Assembly: GCA_963706325.1 (NCBI GenBank)
Contig: CAVPLT010000004.1
Location: 672,001-736,000, forward strand
Direction of reading: 5' to 3'
DNA length: 64,000 nucleotides
Source: an uncultured Nitrospiraceae bacterium
Lineage (GTDB): Bacteria; Nitrospirota; Nitrospiria; Nitrospirales; Nitrospiraceae
Part shown: positions 1-10,123 of the stretch, in pieces
Layout of the letters: every line of letters starts with the position of its first letter
Position numbering within the stretch: position 1 is the first letter of the stretch
Position numbers and translations under genes: made by a program
The notes under the pieces: model-generated
What the model was told of the DNA's origin: nothing
Databases searched by the model: none
What the model saw: only the letters and a program-made list of their open reading frames with translations

Positions 1-367
1 CGATGGAGAGGCCTTGAGCCGACTGGACCAAGCGCTCCGCCTCTCGAAGTGCGTCCGACTGGCGGCCCTTTGCCAGCGCAGCCGCCTGCTGGGTGGCTCG
101 TGCTCGGGCTCGTTGCTTTATTGCTTGTCGACGATCTGGCGAGTCAGGAATGTCGCGGTCGTAGAAGAGGTCTACGACGCGCAAACCGAGTGCTCGGGTG
201 ATGTCTCCAAGGGAGCAGCCACTCCAGCACCGTACCAACAAGCCGCGATCTCCTTCCTTTACGCTGAGGCTTGGAGAATGGTCGTCATGGCTGGGACATC
301 GCGATTGCCAGCCTCGGGGCGTCTGTTTCGCACCGTCCACAAGTTGAAGGAAACTGTCGATGGTCAT
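1..367 (-). CDS. Primase-type zinc-binding domain protein (phage/satellite replication), runs off the left edge
   Basis: Not in the ORF track. Manual translation MTIDSFLQLVDGAKQTPRGWQSRCPSHDDHSPSLSVKEGDRGLLVRCWSGC shows the CPxHDDxxPSLS...CxxGC primase zinc motif. Its ATG overlaps the stop of 364..615. Confidence 0.8.
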   Translation of the reverse strand, partial: MTIDSFLQLVDGAKQTPRGWQSRCPSHDDHSPSLSVKEGDRGLLVRCWSGCSLGDITRALGLRVVDLFYDRDIPDSPDRRQAIKQRARARATQQAAALAKGRQSDALREAERLVQSAQGLSI

Positions 368-615
368 GATGCGGCGACTCCCTTCTCCTGGGAGTCCAAC
401 AAGCCGGCTATCGCCCGGTGAGCTTGTCGGATCAACTCCTTCTGTTCCGTAGTCCAAGGCTGCCGCCGCCACTCTCGTTCCAACCATTCAACAATTAAGC
501 GAAGGGCACGAGAGACATTGAGAGAGATGGGTATCTTGTGACTGGACTGCAGTTCACGTATAGTTTCCATTGTTCGGGGGGTCCTTTCAGTTTTGAACCG
601 CCGCGGAGGTCGCAC
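364..615 (-). CDS. Hypothetical mobile-element protein (start uncertain)
   Basis: ORF coupled to the primase zinc-finger gene through an ATGA overlap. Confidence 0.45.
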   Translation of the reverse strand: MRPPRRFKTERTPRTMETIRELQSSHKIPISLNVSRALRLIVEWLEREWRRQPWTTEQKELIRQAHRAIAGLLDSQEKGVAAS

Positions 616-654
616 TCTTCGGCGGTTTTCCTTTTACTGGATCGTGTCATTGCT

Positions 655-861
655 CTATTGGCCCGCAGTCACGCCATTCCTCAGCGCCTGACGGACCTCC
701 GCGATCGAGAAGCGTAGGCCGCGGCCCTTGACTCCTATCTTGTAGAAGGGGACCTTCCCCGCCTGCACCATTTTGTAAAAGGTGGACCTCGACAAGCCTT
801 GCGCAGCCGCGCACGCGTCGATGGGCACCAAGGGCTCCTTATTAACTTGCTCTGTCTCCAT
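655..861 (-). CDS. Excisionase/AlpA-like HTH DNA-binding protein
   Basis: GLSRSTFYKMVQAGKVPFYKIG...LRFS is a typical HTH_17 pattern; GGAGG RBS. Confidence 0.85.
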   Translation of the reverse strand: METEQVNKEPLVPIDACAAAQGLSRSTFYKMVQAGKVPFYKIGVKGRGLRFSIAEVRQALRNGVTAGQ

Positions 862-1047
862 AGAATGGCCTCCTGTTATCCGTGCGATTCACCGTGAAGC
901 GCACATACGCCAGATGTATCAGGTGAAAGCAGGGTACGTAAGATGGAGTATTACGGTTCGACTGTCGTAACGTGAAATTACATGGTGGAGGATTGCTCAG
1001 GGGAGCGTAGGGAGAGAAATTACACTGGCGGGTACGACAGCTTAGAG

Positions 1048-1839
1048 CTACGGACGGCTACCAACTCGCAACGAGTCGGGCGTTCCGGCAAAGCGGGAGT
1101 TCCAGGCACTTAACAGTCGATGAAGCACCTTTGCAGCGCTCTTACGGGAATACGGCGGACGGGCTTGCATGAGCAGTTGCATGAGTTGTCGTCTCGCCTC
1201 TTTAACACGAGGGCTTTTTTTGCTGCTATGCATGGCCCTCGCATTTTTCAGAATCGTGTCTACCTCACTCACCTTCTTCAGGCCAGCTAGTAGCGCCTGT
1301 ATGTTGTCTATGTAAACATTATCCAACTGTGCGCGTAGCTTCTCGGGAAGGGGCGTAAGCCTGAGAGATTCCATGCTCTGGTTCATACACTCCCAGTTCT
1401 GACGGTCTTCCTTAATTAGTCTGCGCTGGGCGTCATTCATTCGTTGCAACGATTCGATGCCCTTTGCGTGCGTCTCGTCGAGCTGAGCCAACGCCTTCCA
1501 AACATCACGAGCCGCGATGCCCCGTGGAACAAATTCCTGCGTGATCACGTTCCTCGTAATGGTGTCATTCACTTGCATGAGCCGCAGCTCCGCGAGATAC
1601 ATGAGTCGCCTTTCCTCGAGAACGGATTGCTCCTCTGGCACAATGCGCGGCGGTCCTTGCGGTTTAAGCCGGAGGCTTATCTTCCGCCAAAGCCGGCCGA
1701 CTTGCACCAGGATGTCTCCCGGAGAATCCTTAGCAAACGATGGGGAAGGAGCGACCTTGCTCGGAGGAGGCGTATTAGTCTTCCTAGGCTTGGAAACGGT
1801 CGCCAAGCTATTGCTGCTGAGCTTACTTTTCCTCGGCAT
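1048..1839 (-). CDS. Hypothetical protein, 263 aa
   Basis: Long ORF with GGAGG RBS and a basic, possibly HTH-like C-terminus. Confidence 0.6.
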   Translation of the reverse strand: MPRKSKLSSNSLATVSKPRKTNTPPPSKVAPSPSFAKDSPGDILVQVGRLWRKISLRLKPQGPPRIVPEEQSVLEERRLMYLAELRLMQVNDTITRNVITQEFVPRGIAARDVWKALAQLDETHAKGIESLQRMNDAQRRLIKEDRQNWECMNQSMESLRLTPLPEKLRAQLDNVYIDNIQALLAGLKKVSEVDTILKNARAMHSSKKSPRVKEARRQLMQLLMQARPPYSRKSAAKVLHRLLSAWNSRFAGTPDSLRVGSRP

Positions 1840-2113
1840 GTTCCCTCCTGACGGGCTCCTGGAAAGGGGAGGGCAGCGCCAGCACCAGGAATGCTGGCCG
1901 GACGGGGATCAGCTCGCCGTTTGCTGCCCGCTAGAGTGTAGCGTCAGGGAATCACGATGTGAAGGTTCGCTTCCTCTTACTCCTCGTTTCACAACGCTGT
2001 TCACGACAGTCCATAGTAAGTACTGCATTGCCCGCCTTGCCCTTCCTACTCCACAAAGGTACCATCGCCTTTTAACTAGGATTAAGCATTGGCAATAGAC
2101 GCCACTGAGGAAC

Positions 2114-2395
2114 ATGACCCAACGAGAAGATCAACTCCTGCGCGATGTCGTGAATGCGTTGTCCACCGCCATGGTGACAATCGTACGGGCCCTAGTGGTC
2201 CAGTCGGAGAAATCCGGGCATCCGATTAACGCGCATTCCATCGTTGCGGCGTTGAAACAGGCCGGGAGCTCGTCGCCCAATTTCTCTCATGACACTGAAA
2301 CCCGCACAATGCAGCTCACCATTCTGAAGAATATTGCCGACCAGTTGGAAAACGAGCACGCGAGAACAGAGCCGATTCCTCTGCCACCTGGCTAG
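2114..2395 (+). CDS. Hypothetical protein
   Basis: GAGGAA RBS and helical composition. Confidence 0.55.
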   Translation: MTQREDQLLRDVVNALSTAMVTIVRALVVQSEKSGHPINAHSIVAALKQAGSSSPNFSHDTETRTMQLTILKNIADQLENEHARTEPIPLPPG

Positions 2396-2420
2396 CGTTA
2401 CTCGTACCTGAAGGATTGAA

Positions 2421-2570
2421 ATGGAACCACTCCTGTTAGAACATCGTCCGCTGGCGTTCAGTGAGCTGGCGGCCATGCTGGTGCGGTATGCGCACGATGC
2501 ACAGGTGACGCAGGTCATCGAAGAGGCCTTGAGACGGCGCTTGTCCGATGCACCCCAAGGAGCCGCCTAA
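2421..2570 (+). CDS. 49-aa small protein, paralog of 24647..24829
   Basis: MEPLLLEHRPLAFSELAAMLVRYAHDAQVTQVIEEALRRRLSDAPQGAA with GAAGGA RBS; aligns by eye with the ORF at 24647. Confidence 0.6.
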   Translation: MEPLLLEHRPLAFSELAAMLVRYAHDAQVTQVIEEALRRRLSDAPQGAA

Positions 2571-2948
2571 CTCGGTGAGCGCTTCATTCGCGAGCGGGTG
2601 CCGCTTCAGGCCCAATTGGCGAAACCAGGGCGCAATCATCATGCGCGTGACGGCATTCGGATCCAGGTCCTCCAGCTCGCCGAAGTACCGTCGCAACCGA
2701 GCCGCGCGGTTCGTGCCATCCTTCATCGTCGCCAGATGATACCGACGAAAGATCTCAAACCATTCCCGTAACCGCCAGGCCGACCGGCAGCGCTCCTGCA
2801 TGACGGTATCCGTCACCACAGGGAACCGCCGGCCAGCCAAGACAGTCGGCTTCATACTGCGCACGATCGACCTTGGGATCGGTCGTCGAGGGACCAGGGA
2901 GTGTGCGTCGTGCGTACATTCGAATAGCCTTACTTGCCGACGCCTCAC
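2565..2948 (-). pseudogene. Probable truncated tyrosine-integrase N-terminal (core-binding) fragment
   Basis: LREWFEIFRRYH...LRRYFGELEDLDPNAVTRMMIAPWFRQLG...ANEALTEL resembles the SAM-like domain; no catalytic domain follows. Confidence 0.45.
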
Positions 2949-3175
2949 CCTCGGCTTGCTCTTCCTCTTCGAGTACAGCGCGTCATCACCACTTTGACCA
3001 GGTAGGTATTCGGATTGGTTTCGCGCAGGCCCTTCAATTGCTCCACCGCGTCCGCTTTGTCCTCCGTCATCAACCCAGTGGGATTAAACGGCCCGCCATG
3101 CTCATCATTGCAGCATTCCCACATCACGTGGGTGTCTTGTGCTTGAACGGTCTCTTCGCTTTGCGTCGTTATCAT
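2945..3175 (-). CDS. Hypothetical phage-like small protein
   Basis: AGGAG RBS; lies in a co-oriented run of small ORFs. Confidence 0.55.
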   Translation of the reverse strand: MITTQSEETVQAQDTHVMWECCNDEHGGPFNPTGLMTEDKADAVEQLKGLRETNPNTYLVKVVMTRCTRRGRASRG

Positions 3176-3178
3176 GGT

Positions 3179-3665
3179 CTAGCTCCTTGTGTGGGTAGAG
3201 AGTTTCGAGGCACATGAATGCACCCGATTGTGTGAACCGATGGGCTGAGCACGAAGAAACGCTTCCAGTTCGTCGAGCGTCGGGCTGCGGTCCGGAGTGA
3301 CTGTCACTGGCGTCGTTGGATCGCTCTTCCGAAAGAGTTGATACTCGCCGGAGTGTTTAGAGAAGAGTCTCGGCCGGGACTTTCGCACGACATAGCCACG
3401 TTCGGCGGCCAGCTGCCGCACGATGTTGTCGTGCAGTTCTGCAGGCGTCTTTTCCGGATTCCGCTCCCGCTTCAGGTAGATCTCAATCTCCGTCTAGCGT
3501 TGCCTCGAACTCGTCGCCCAGTAACACCCGATTGTTGACGAGATCGAGCAACCGATAGGCACCGCGATCGACGAGATCCTCTGGTTTGGGTCGTGAGACC
3601 CGACAGCCGCAACGTCTTGCCATTAGTGCCAGACGGCCCCGGTGGCGTTGTTCAATGGTGCTCAC
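3179..3665 (-). pseudogene. Frameshifted phage-like protein with an internal tandem domain duplication
   Basis: Removing one G near 3491 joins the two ORFs (FEATLD-EIEIYLKRE...IVRQLAAERG). The halves share RxxAxxxGxxV-R...GxYxL...TLDExExxL. Confidence 0.6.
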
Positions 3666-3820
3666 TTGAGTTCCCTCCTTTCCTTTGCGGCCCTCAGTCC
3701 GAAATGTTGATTGAGGAGATGTCGAATGATCCCAGACGCGCTGGTGCCAGTCGCGCGAAGGGCATCCAACTTGGATTTAATGCGGGTGGGAATCTGTATG
3801 ACGAGTCTGGACATTTTCAT
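3662..3820 (-). CDS. Ribbon-helix-helix (CopG-like) protein, 52 aa
   Basis: Not in the ORF track. MKMSRLVIQIPTRIKSKLDALRATGTSASGIIRHLLNQHF has the RHH pattern, a GGAGG RBS and a GTGA overlap with the next gene. Confidence 0.7.
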   Translation of the reverse strand: MKMSRLVIQIPTRIKSKLDALRATGTSASGIIRHLLNQHFGLRAAKERRELK

Positions 3821-3840
3821 CGTGCCCTCCAGTTCATATG

Positions 3841-3917
3841 AGATAGCGTATAGTTAATGCTATCTTAATGTCTACAATGCTGTCAAGTGATATGCAATTG
3901 AACATTCACTAGCTATC
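3841..3917. promoter_or_regulatory. Candidate RHH operator region between divergent RHH genes
   Basis: AGATAGC(3841)...GCTATCT(3859) inverted repeat plus related boxes AATGCTGTC(3876) and AGCTATC(3911). Confidence 0.55.
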
Positions 3918-3928
3918 AGGTACCTTCT

Positions 3929-4144
3929 GTGGCTTGTTCAGTGACCGACTTGGAAGGATGTGCTGTGGCTAGACCGAAATCACCTTTTGTGCGAAGACTC
4001 TTCGCTTTACGATTGAGAGAGGAATTGTTGATTGAGCTGCGACACATAGCCCTAGATCGAAAACAGCCGGCCAATCAGCTTTTGGAATCGGCGATAGAAG
4101 ATTTTCTGAAGAAGCATCGAGAGAAGAAAAAGACTTCTGTCTGA
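3929..4144 (+). CDS. Ribbon-helix-helix protein (true start probably GTG near 3965)
   Basis: FALRLREELLIELRHIALDRKQPANQLLESAIEDFLKKH. Confidence 0.75.
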   Translation: MACSVTDLEGCAVARPKSPFVRRLFALRLREELLIELRHIALDRKQPANQLLESAIEDFLKKHREKKKTSV

Positions 4145-4538
4145 CATGGCACTGAACAAGTTTGCTCTTATCCTGATACATCCTCAGCTCGTCGATTTGC
4201 ATCTTTGGGAAGCGCATACCTGTGTCGTGGAGAGGGACATTTCAAAACCAGGGACTGTCACGTCCTTCGCTCTTTCCCACCAATGAAAAAGTGGGAGGAA
4301 AACGGCTGGCCATTGAGGAAGCGTGCACAGGAGTCATGGCGGTATTGGAAAGTGAAGGCAGCGCGTTGGATTTAATTCAGCTTCAGGTGTGGAATGAGGA
4401 GATTCGGCAGTATGGACCTAACGTCCAAAACGGGTCCGAATAAACACTCCGAGAGTCAGCGATGCAGGACCGCTTGAAGAAGCAGAGCGGGAAGAAGAAA
4501 ACCTAATAGCATCCTCATGCTTCTGCGGGACAGCAACC

Positions 4539-5030
4539 ATGCAGTACCGGCTGGAACAACGAATTCATACGCTGGCACGGAACCAAGCAGGAGAGCAATG
4601 GCCACGCCCCGAGTTCACAGTAGATGAAGTTCGCTTCTTATCTTGGAATTCCAGCGGATCTCATGTCGGGCAGGAGGGACAGTATTGGTTGGCGACTACA
4701 ACTCTGGTCGCGGATACTCTCTTCAAGGCTTGGGACGCATTCTCGGAAGAACTGTCAACACTCGTCCCGAAAATTGCCACTGTCAGCCAATGTTATACGG
4801 AATATGCCGACCAGCCTGTCCTCATACTAAAGGAAGGGTACCGACACGGCATTCTTACGCTATACCGAAGAGCGCCGGGTTGTCGGGATTAACCTTCGAC
4901 AATACAGAACTGAAGGGCCCTCACACACTTACTTCAATCGTCCCAAATTCCTAAAGAATTCTATTGGTATTGGAGTGATGCAATAAACTGCACCGGCTAT
5001 ACATCCAAACTAGTCTTGGCACTGGCGGTC
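4539..5030 (+). pseudogene. Disrupted and truncated hypothetical gene, possibly HEPN-associated
   Basis: Coding-like sequence continues across frameshifts (...IPKEFYWYWSDAINCTGYTSKLVLALA) and then stops. Confidence 0.4.
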
Positions 5031-5158
5031 AGCCGGGCGCGAGATCTGGACCTGTGCGCGCTGCAAAAATGAGAAGGTGAAGAGGCGGGAGTAGTCTCGC
5101 CGGCACACACCAGTGCAGTCGTCCTTGGTCATTCACCTCCTAAATTTTGAAGGCGCGA

Positions 5159-5380
5159 ATGTTCCCTCCAAGCTTCGATCTCCATGTTGGGTTTCCGTCC
5201 TTGGTCGTCGGCGTTGCATTGTATTTTCTTCCTACCATCATTGCGTGGATGCGGGCTCACTACAATCGTCTAGCGATCTTGGCGCTGAACCTCCTACTGG
5301 GATGGACAGTCGTGGGATGGATCGTATCTCTAGTCTGGTCCTTTACTAATCCCCCACCGAGCACCAATCACCAGGCATGA
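5159..5380 (+). CDS. Superinfection immunity protein (T4 Imm-like family)
   Basis: Family signature LYFLPTIIAWMRAHYNRLAILALNLLLGWTVVGWIVSLVWS. Confidence 0.9.
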   Translation: MFPPSFDLHVGFPSLVVGVALYFLPTIIAWMRAHYNRLAILALNLLLGWTVVGWIVSLVWSFTNPPPSTNHQA

Positions 5381-5820
5381 CGGTCTTCAAGCTCGGCTTA
5401 CTCCTATTCTGGACGCTCTGGCTACTAGTCGTGTTTCTCACCAATGTGTTTGAGGGGCTCAAATTGCTCCGAATTGTGCCGCCGTATTGGAAGTTTGCCT
5501 CTCAGAATTTTCAAGCCATTGCGCAAGCGACTGGCACCTATCAGGCTCCCCCATGGATCCCGAAGATGCTATTTCTCGGGGTGCTCCTGTGGCAGTGCGT
5601 GGCACTCATCCTGTTTGGGCGAGCCGTCGTCTCAAGCTGGGCCAACTGGTCGTTGTCGATAGCTCCTGTGCACGAGGCATTCGGCGTCAGTCTTGGCCTC
5701 CTCGCAGCCTTCATGGTTGCCGATGAGATCTTTAAGCAGTACGAGGTCGAGCGCGCCCATGTCTTGTTCTTCGCTGCTCAGTTGGTCACTCTGCTAGCGT
5801 TCTACATCCTACCGGCCTAG
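5377..5820 (+). CDS. Integral membrane protein (about 4 TM)
   Basis: Hydrophobic segments; ATGA overlap with the immunity gene. Confidence 0.75.
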   Translation: MTVFKLGLLLFWTLWLLVVFLTNVFEGLKLLRIVPPYWKFASQNFQAIAQATGTYQAPPWIPKMLFLGVLLWQCVALILFGRAVVSSWANWSLSIAPVHEAFGVSLGLLAAFMVADEIFKQYEVERAHVLFFAAQLVTLLAFYILPA

Positions 5821-5848
5821 TAAACTCTGGAGAGACATTACATCTGTC

Positions 5849-6430
5849 ATGCTCCGTTTCCAGAACAAACCAGATGAGATATTTATGATTCTCCTCAACG
5901 AGGCGATAGAGGACATGATTTGCTATGTCGAAATGGATGACGATGTGGATGAACGGCAGGATGCGCTCAGAGCCTCCATGCCACGAAGCTCAGAATTATT
6001 CGATGCCAGAGGAGCCATGGATCAGCTTCGAGCACTTCGGGAATGCTGAACAGCGACACGCTCTACAAACCAACTGACTATCATTGGCTGCTGTTATACG
6101 AATGCCTGAGGTCGTATTGTGACTATTTTAACGACGAGCGCATCGGTGATCTTTACAAGCTGCATCAGATCGAGTCTATCGACTTCGGGGGACTGATAGA
6201 ATGCTATTTCTGGGACACCGACTTTCTTAACGATGACATTCCGAACGTGTCGCTTGAAGTACGGCAAATGATGGGTGTTTCGTCCGAAACGTTCGGCCTC
6301 ACGGCTGGAATGAAGCCCCATCCCGACGAGCTTACGCTGGCAGTGTGTAATGTGGAGATGGTGGATGAGTTCAAAGAGCACCGAGACACGATTTTCATCC
6401 CTGGCTCGAAACTGTATCCGATCTTTCTCG
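5849..6430 (+). pseudogene. Frameshifted acidic hypothetical protein
   Basis: ORFs 5849..6049 and 6043.. join if one base is added at GAATGC^TGAAC (about 6046); 3' end approximate. Confidence 0.55.
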
Positions 6431-6476
6431 GATCCCCAGGAAAACTAGCTTCAGCCCAAAATGGTGGCCACGTACG

Positions 6477-6665
6477 ATGCAATCACCGTCCTACTGCAAA
6501 GCCTGTTTTGCCGCCATCGCGGCCGAAGAGTTGCCTGAAGATGCGGCACGATTGCACGAGCTCGACCACTACTGGGCGATGCGCCAAGACCTCAAGCACT
6601 CACAGGGGCGATGCGCTCGCTGTGGGAAAGAGGGTGACGTGGTCTATCACGAGGCGATTGGTTGA
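6477..6665 (+). CDS. Small two-CxxC (zinc-binding-like) protein
   Basis: CKAC...CARC. Confidence 0.45.
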   Translation: MQSPSYCKACFAAIAAEELPEDAARLHELDHYWAMRQDLKHSQGRCARCGKEGDVVYHEAIG

Positions 6666-6729
6666 GGTGGAAAGCGGTGTCCGTAAACGTGGTCACACTA
6701 TGGCCCATTGCTTTAAGTCCTGGTATTAA

Positions 6730-6969
6730 TCACACCTTCAGCATCCCATAGCGTCGCGCGGCCTGAATCATCTCAGCTGCACTGGACACCCCTAATCGGC
6801 GCCTGAGGCTCTGGCGATGGCTGGAAACGGTGCCCGGGCCCACCTTGAGGCGCTGAGCAATCTGAGGGGTCGTGAGCCCAGCCACGATGGCGTTCAGCAC
6901 CTGCCGCTCACGTGCGGGGAGTTTCAATGGCTTCGTCGCGGGTATCGCGCTCTTCTTTCTCATGAACAC
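6730..6969 (-). CDS. Stand-alone LuxR-type HTH regulator
   Basis: LPARERQVLNAIVAGLTTPQIAQRLKVGPGTVSSHRQSLRRRLGVSSAAEMIQAARRYG. Confidence 0.9.
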   Translation of the reverse strand: MFMRKKSAIPATKPLKLPARERQVLNAIVAGLTTPQIAQRLKVGPGTVSSHRQSLRRRLGVSSAAEMIQAARRYGMLKV

Positions 6970-7122
6970 CCCAGATTTGCAGGAATGATCAATGGCATGA
7001 TCTTAGGCGTCTTTTCCATCTCTTTTCACTCGTCATGTTCTACGCAAAAACCCTATACATTTCCGACGCCACTCTATATAATCATATTGACTCCCCACTT
7101 CTATAGAAAGGTAGGTGCCCCC

Positions 7123-7980
7123 ATGTGTAGCCCCTCACCACCAGCCACTCCCGACTTCAAAGGCGCAGCTCAGGAACAGGGAAGTGCCAACGTCGACGCC
7201 GCCCGCGCACAGGGCAAGCTCAACAATCCCAACGTCTACAGCCCTTACGGCTCGCAAACCGTCTCCTATGACGGCGATCAGCCGACCATCACGCAATCCT
7301 TCTCGCCTGAACAGCAGGCCATCTACGACCAGGGCAACGCGACGAAGCTCCAGCTCTCTCAACTGAGCGGGCAAGGGGCGCAAGCGCTGCAAGGCGTGGT
7401 CGGCAAGCAAGTGGACTTCGGCGGGGCACCATCAGCCCCCGGCGATTACTCGTCCATGCGCAACCAGACCATCGACGCCATGATGGCGCGTCCGAAAGAG
7501 GACTACGCCAGGGCCACCGATCAAGCGCAATCCGACCTCGTGGCGGCGGGCATTCGCCCCGGCACCAAAGCCTACGACGACAAGATGCAGCTGCTCCAGC
7601 GCGGGCTGAACGACGCGAACACGCAGGCCGCAGGCAACGCCGGGATCCTGACCTCGCAGGCCTACCAGATGGATATGGACCGCCGGAAGCAGGCCATTAC
7701 CGAACAGCTCGCACAACGCCAAGTGCCGCTCAACGAAATCACCGCGCTCATGTCAGGATCGCAAGTCAGCAACCCCTTCTCCACACCAGGCTTTGCCCAG
7801 AACGCGCAAGTCGGGGCCGCGCCGGTCTTTGCCGCGCAGCAGGCTGAGCAGCCAGTGGGGATCGAGACAATAACAACGCCGATAGAGCCGCCATGGGGAA
7901 CCTCCAGAACGGCATGTTCGCATTGGGCGCGGCCGGTATCAGTGCAATGGGTGGCGGGGGGGAGGCGGCAAGGGCGGGAC
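7123..7980 (+). pseudogene. Remnant of a phage virion (ejection/pilot-like) protein
   Basis: MCSPSPPATPDFKGAAQEQG...NNPNVYSPYGSQTVSY is Q/A/G-rich like phage internal virion proteins; frameshifts after about 7850. Confidence 0.6.
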
Positions 7981-8479
7981 CACGAACAACTACTATTAGG
8001 TTACCGCGAAGGAGTGCGGATTTCCTTCCGCCTGGTCCAATCGTGGCCGTGTTCGGTGAGGGAGTTTAAGCCTATCGGTCTTTATACTGGAGGCCCTGGC
8101 GGTGGGTCATTGGAGTCTCTGCTCATCCTTGCGAGCATTGCAGTGATCTAGTAAGGACGACGCATAGTATTTGACGACGGCCAATTCCACGATGTTCATC
8201 GCTGGTCTGTCGTGCAAGGCCGGAGACAGTAGTGTCTCGCACAGTCGCGCGAAGTCTTGGATTTCTTGACGGGCGGTTTACACTTACCACACCAGCCACG
8301 TGAGCACTACAACCCAAAACAACGAGCCCACCACAGCCATTTCCCAAATCAACAAGTAATCAGTGTCATGCATCCCTGTGCCGCGTCCTTCCATGAGGAT
8401 GAGGTCAAACGGCACAGTGGAACACGGCAGGGTTGGACGTGTCGATGTGTCGAATCAGGAGGTGCTAGAAGTACGTAAA

Positions 8480-8605
8480 AGGAAGCCATGGCCTGAGATG
8501 CGACAGGAGACCGTAAGCTTGAGGAAGCAGGGCATTGCCGGCAAACATCGCGCCTATCTGCTGATCAACAATCGATCGGAAGGCAATGCGCCGCTGACGA
8601 TGGGT
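8480..8605 (+). pseudogene. C-terminal remnant of a DUF72-family gene
   Basis: PEMRQETVSL...RAYLLINNRSEGNAPLT resembles the DUF72 C-terminal motif. Confidence 0.45.
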
Positions 8606-8727
8606 TCAATGAGATCAGCGGATCGGCTTACGCGAAGAATTCAACGTCTATCGATAATGTGAAGAGAATATAAAAGCTAGGGTTTCTAGCAGCCCACCCT
8701 CGAGACGATGCCTGGTAGACTCAGGGA

Positions 8728-9234
8728 ATGTCCAATACAAAGAAGTTACCGGACGAACGCGCTTCACGCGCCTCACAGAACGTCCAAGGGTCCCCCCGCT
8801 TCCCCGCAAGAGTGACAATCCTCGTGATCGACGATGAGGAGACGGTGCGCGGCCTCTTCCGGGCGATTCTCGAGCCGGTGGGGTATGCCGTCGTGGAGGC
8901 CGAAAATGGTCAGCAGGGTATTCGTTGTTTTCGAGAGTCGCCGACAGATGTCGTGATCACCGATATGTATATGCCGCAGGGAGACGGCTTGGAAGTGATC
9001 CGCCAGCTACGACCGGCCTATCCCGCGCTCAAGATTCTCGCGGTGTCCGGCTCGGGAGGCACAGAAAACCTGCTCAGCAAGGCACGTGGATTCGGTGCGG
9101 ATGCGATTCTGTCCAAACCCGTCGGCGTAGAAGAACTGCGCGCGACCATGGCAAACCTCCTGGATCACACTGGATTGAATGGGCTTCCGCCCCTCACGCC
9201 CAGGCTACACGGCTCTAGAGATCTTCCTAGCTGA
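8728..9234 (+). CDS. Single-domain response regulator (REC)
   Basis: ILVIDDE...VVITDMYMPQGDG...ILAVSG...KP. Confidence 0.9.
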   Translation: MSNTKKLPDERASRASQNVQGSPRFPARVTILVIDDEETVRGLFRAILEPVGYAVVEAENGQQGIRCFRESPTDVVITDMYMPQGDGLEVIRQLRPAYPALKILAVSGSGGTENLLSKARGFGADAILSKPVGVEELRATMANLLDHTGLNGLPPLTPRLHGSRDLPS

Positions 9235-9342
9235 CGATCGCAAAGCGAGTGGTAGGGTGCTACACTCCATGGCACTTTGCAGTCAGCTTTCCTTACACTT
9301 TGCGCGCGTAATACCCGTCGCCGCCCATCGCATGAGGACACC

Positions 9343-9924
9343 ATGCCCCGTTTAAGTTCGACCCTGTCTCACCCCCTACCGTGGGGCAGTCACCTCTGTG
9401 CGTTCTACCGGTCTGGCGCTGACCTCCAGACGTTGGCAGGCTCCTTTATCGAGGCCGGGCTAGAGGACCATGAAGGCTGTCTCTGGATTCTTCCCGTCTG
9501 GCTCAGCGCATGGGATGCGACGACGGCCTTGCAACGCCCCATTCCACAAATTCATGACTACATGAGGACGGGGCAACTGGAACTCGTCTCCTCGAATCAG
9601 TGGTACCGGCCGGAGGCCCCATTAGACGCCGAGGCAATCTTCGCGGACTGCATGCGGAGGGCAGTCCAGATGGCACCACGTTTTGCGGGGCTACGGGTGA
9701 CGGGTGATACGTCGTGGCTGCAGTCCCCTGACCAGCGCGCCCAATTCCTCGACTATGAACACAAAGTGGGTCAGGCCACCGACAAGGCGAACATTGTGGC
9801 TTTATGTACCTACCCGGCCGCCAGTTGGGGTCCGACTGACATGCTCAAGGTGCTTGAATGCCATGACTCCCTCCTCCTGTCCGGCCAGCGTGGATGGCAG
9901 ATCGTTGAGAGAGACGGCGACTGA
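9343..9924 (+). CDS. Stand-alone MEDS-domain sensor protein
   Basis: LPWGSHLCAFY...GLRVTGDTSWL...FLDYE...ALCTYP; GAGGA RBS. Confidence 0.85.
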   Translation: MPRLSSTLSHPLPWGSHLCAFYRSGADLQTLAGSFIEAGLEDHEGCLWILPVWLSAWDATTALQRPIPQIHDYMRTGQLELVSSNQWYRPEAPLDAEAIFADCMRRAVQMAPRFAGLRVTGDTSWLQSPDQRAQFLDYEHKVGQATDKANIVALCTYPAASWGPTDMLKVLECHDSLLLSGQRGWQIVERDGD

Positions 9925-10123
9925 GAGTGTCTAGCGCCCAGCCGTGAGTTCTCCCAGTATGCTACTCAGTCATGACGTGTCTGGAGTCGCTTCAGAATAG
10001 GAGTGCGGTTCTTCGGTTCGCCACAGCGCGCAGAGTATCCTCGCCGCTGGATGAGCTGGCCATCAGGGGTCCAGGTAAGCGTCCGATGGGGACACATTCC
10101 GGATCGTCGGGAAAAAATATCTC

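Noticed and set aside
6817..8151. Single 444-aa ORF
   Set aside because: The N-terminus is antisense to the LuxR gene, the real start with RBS is 7123, and the tail after about 7850 is out of frame
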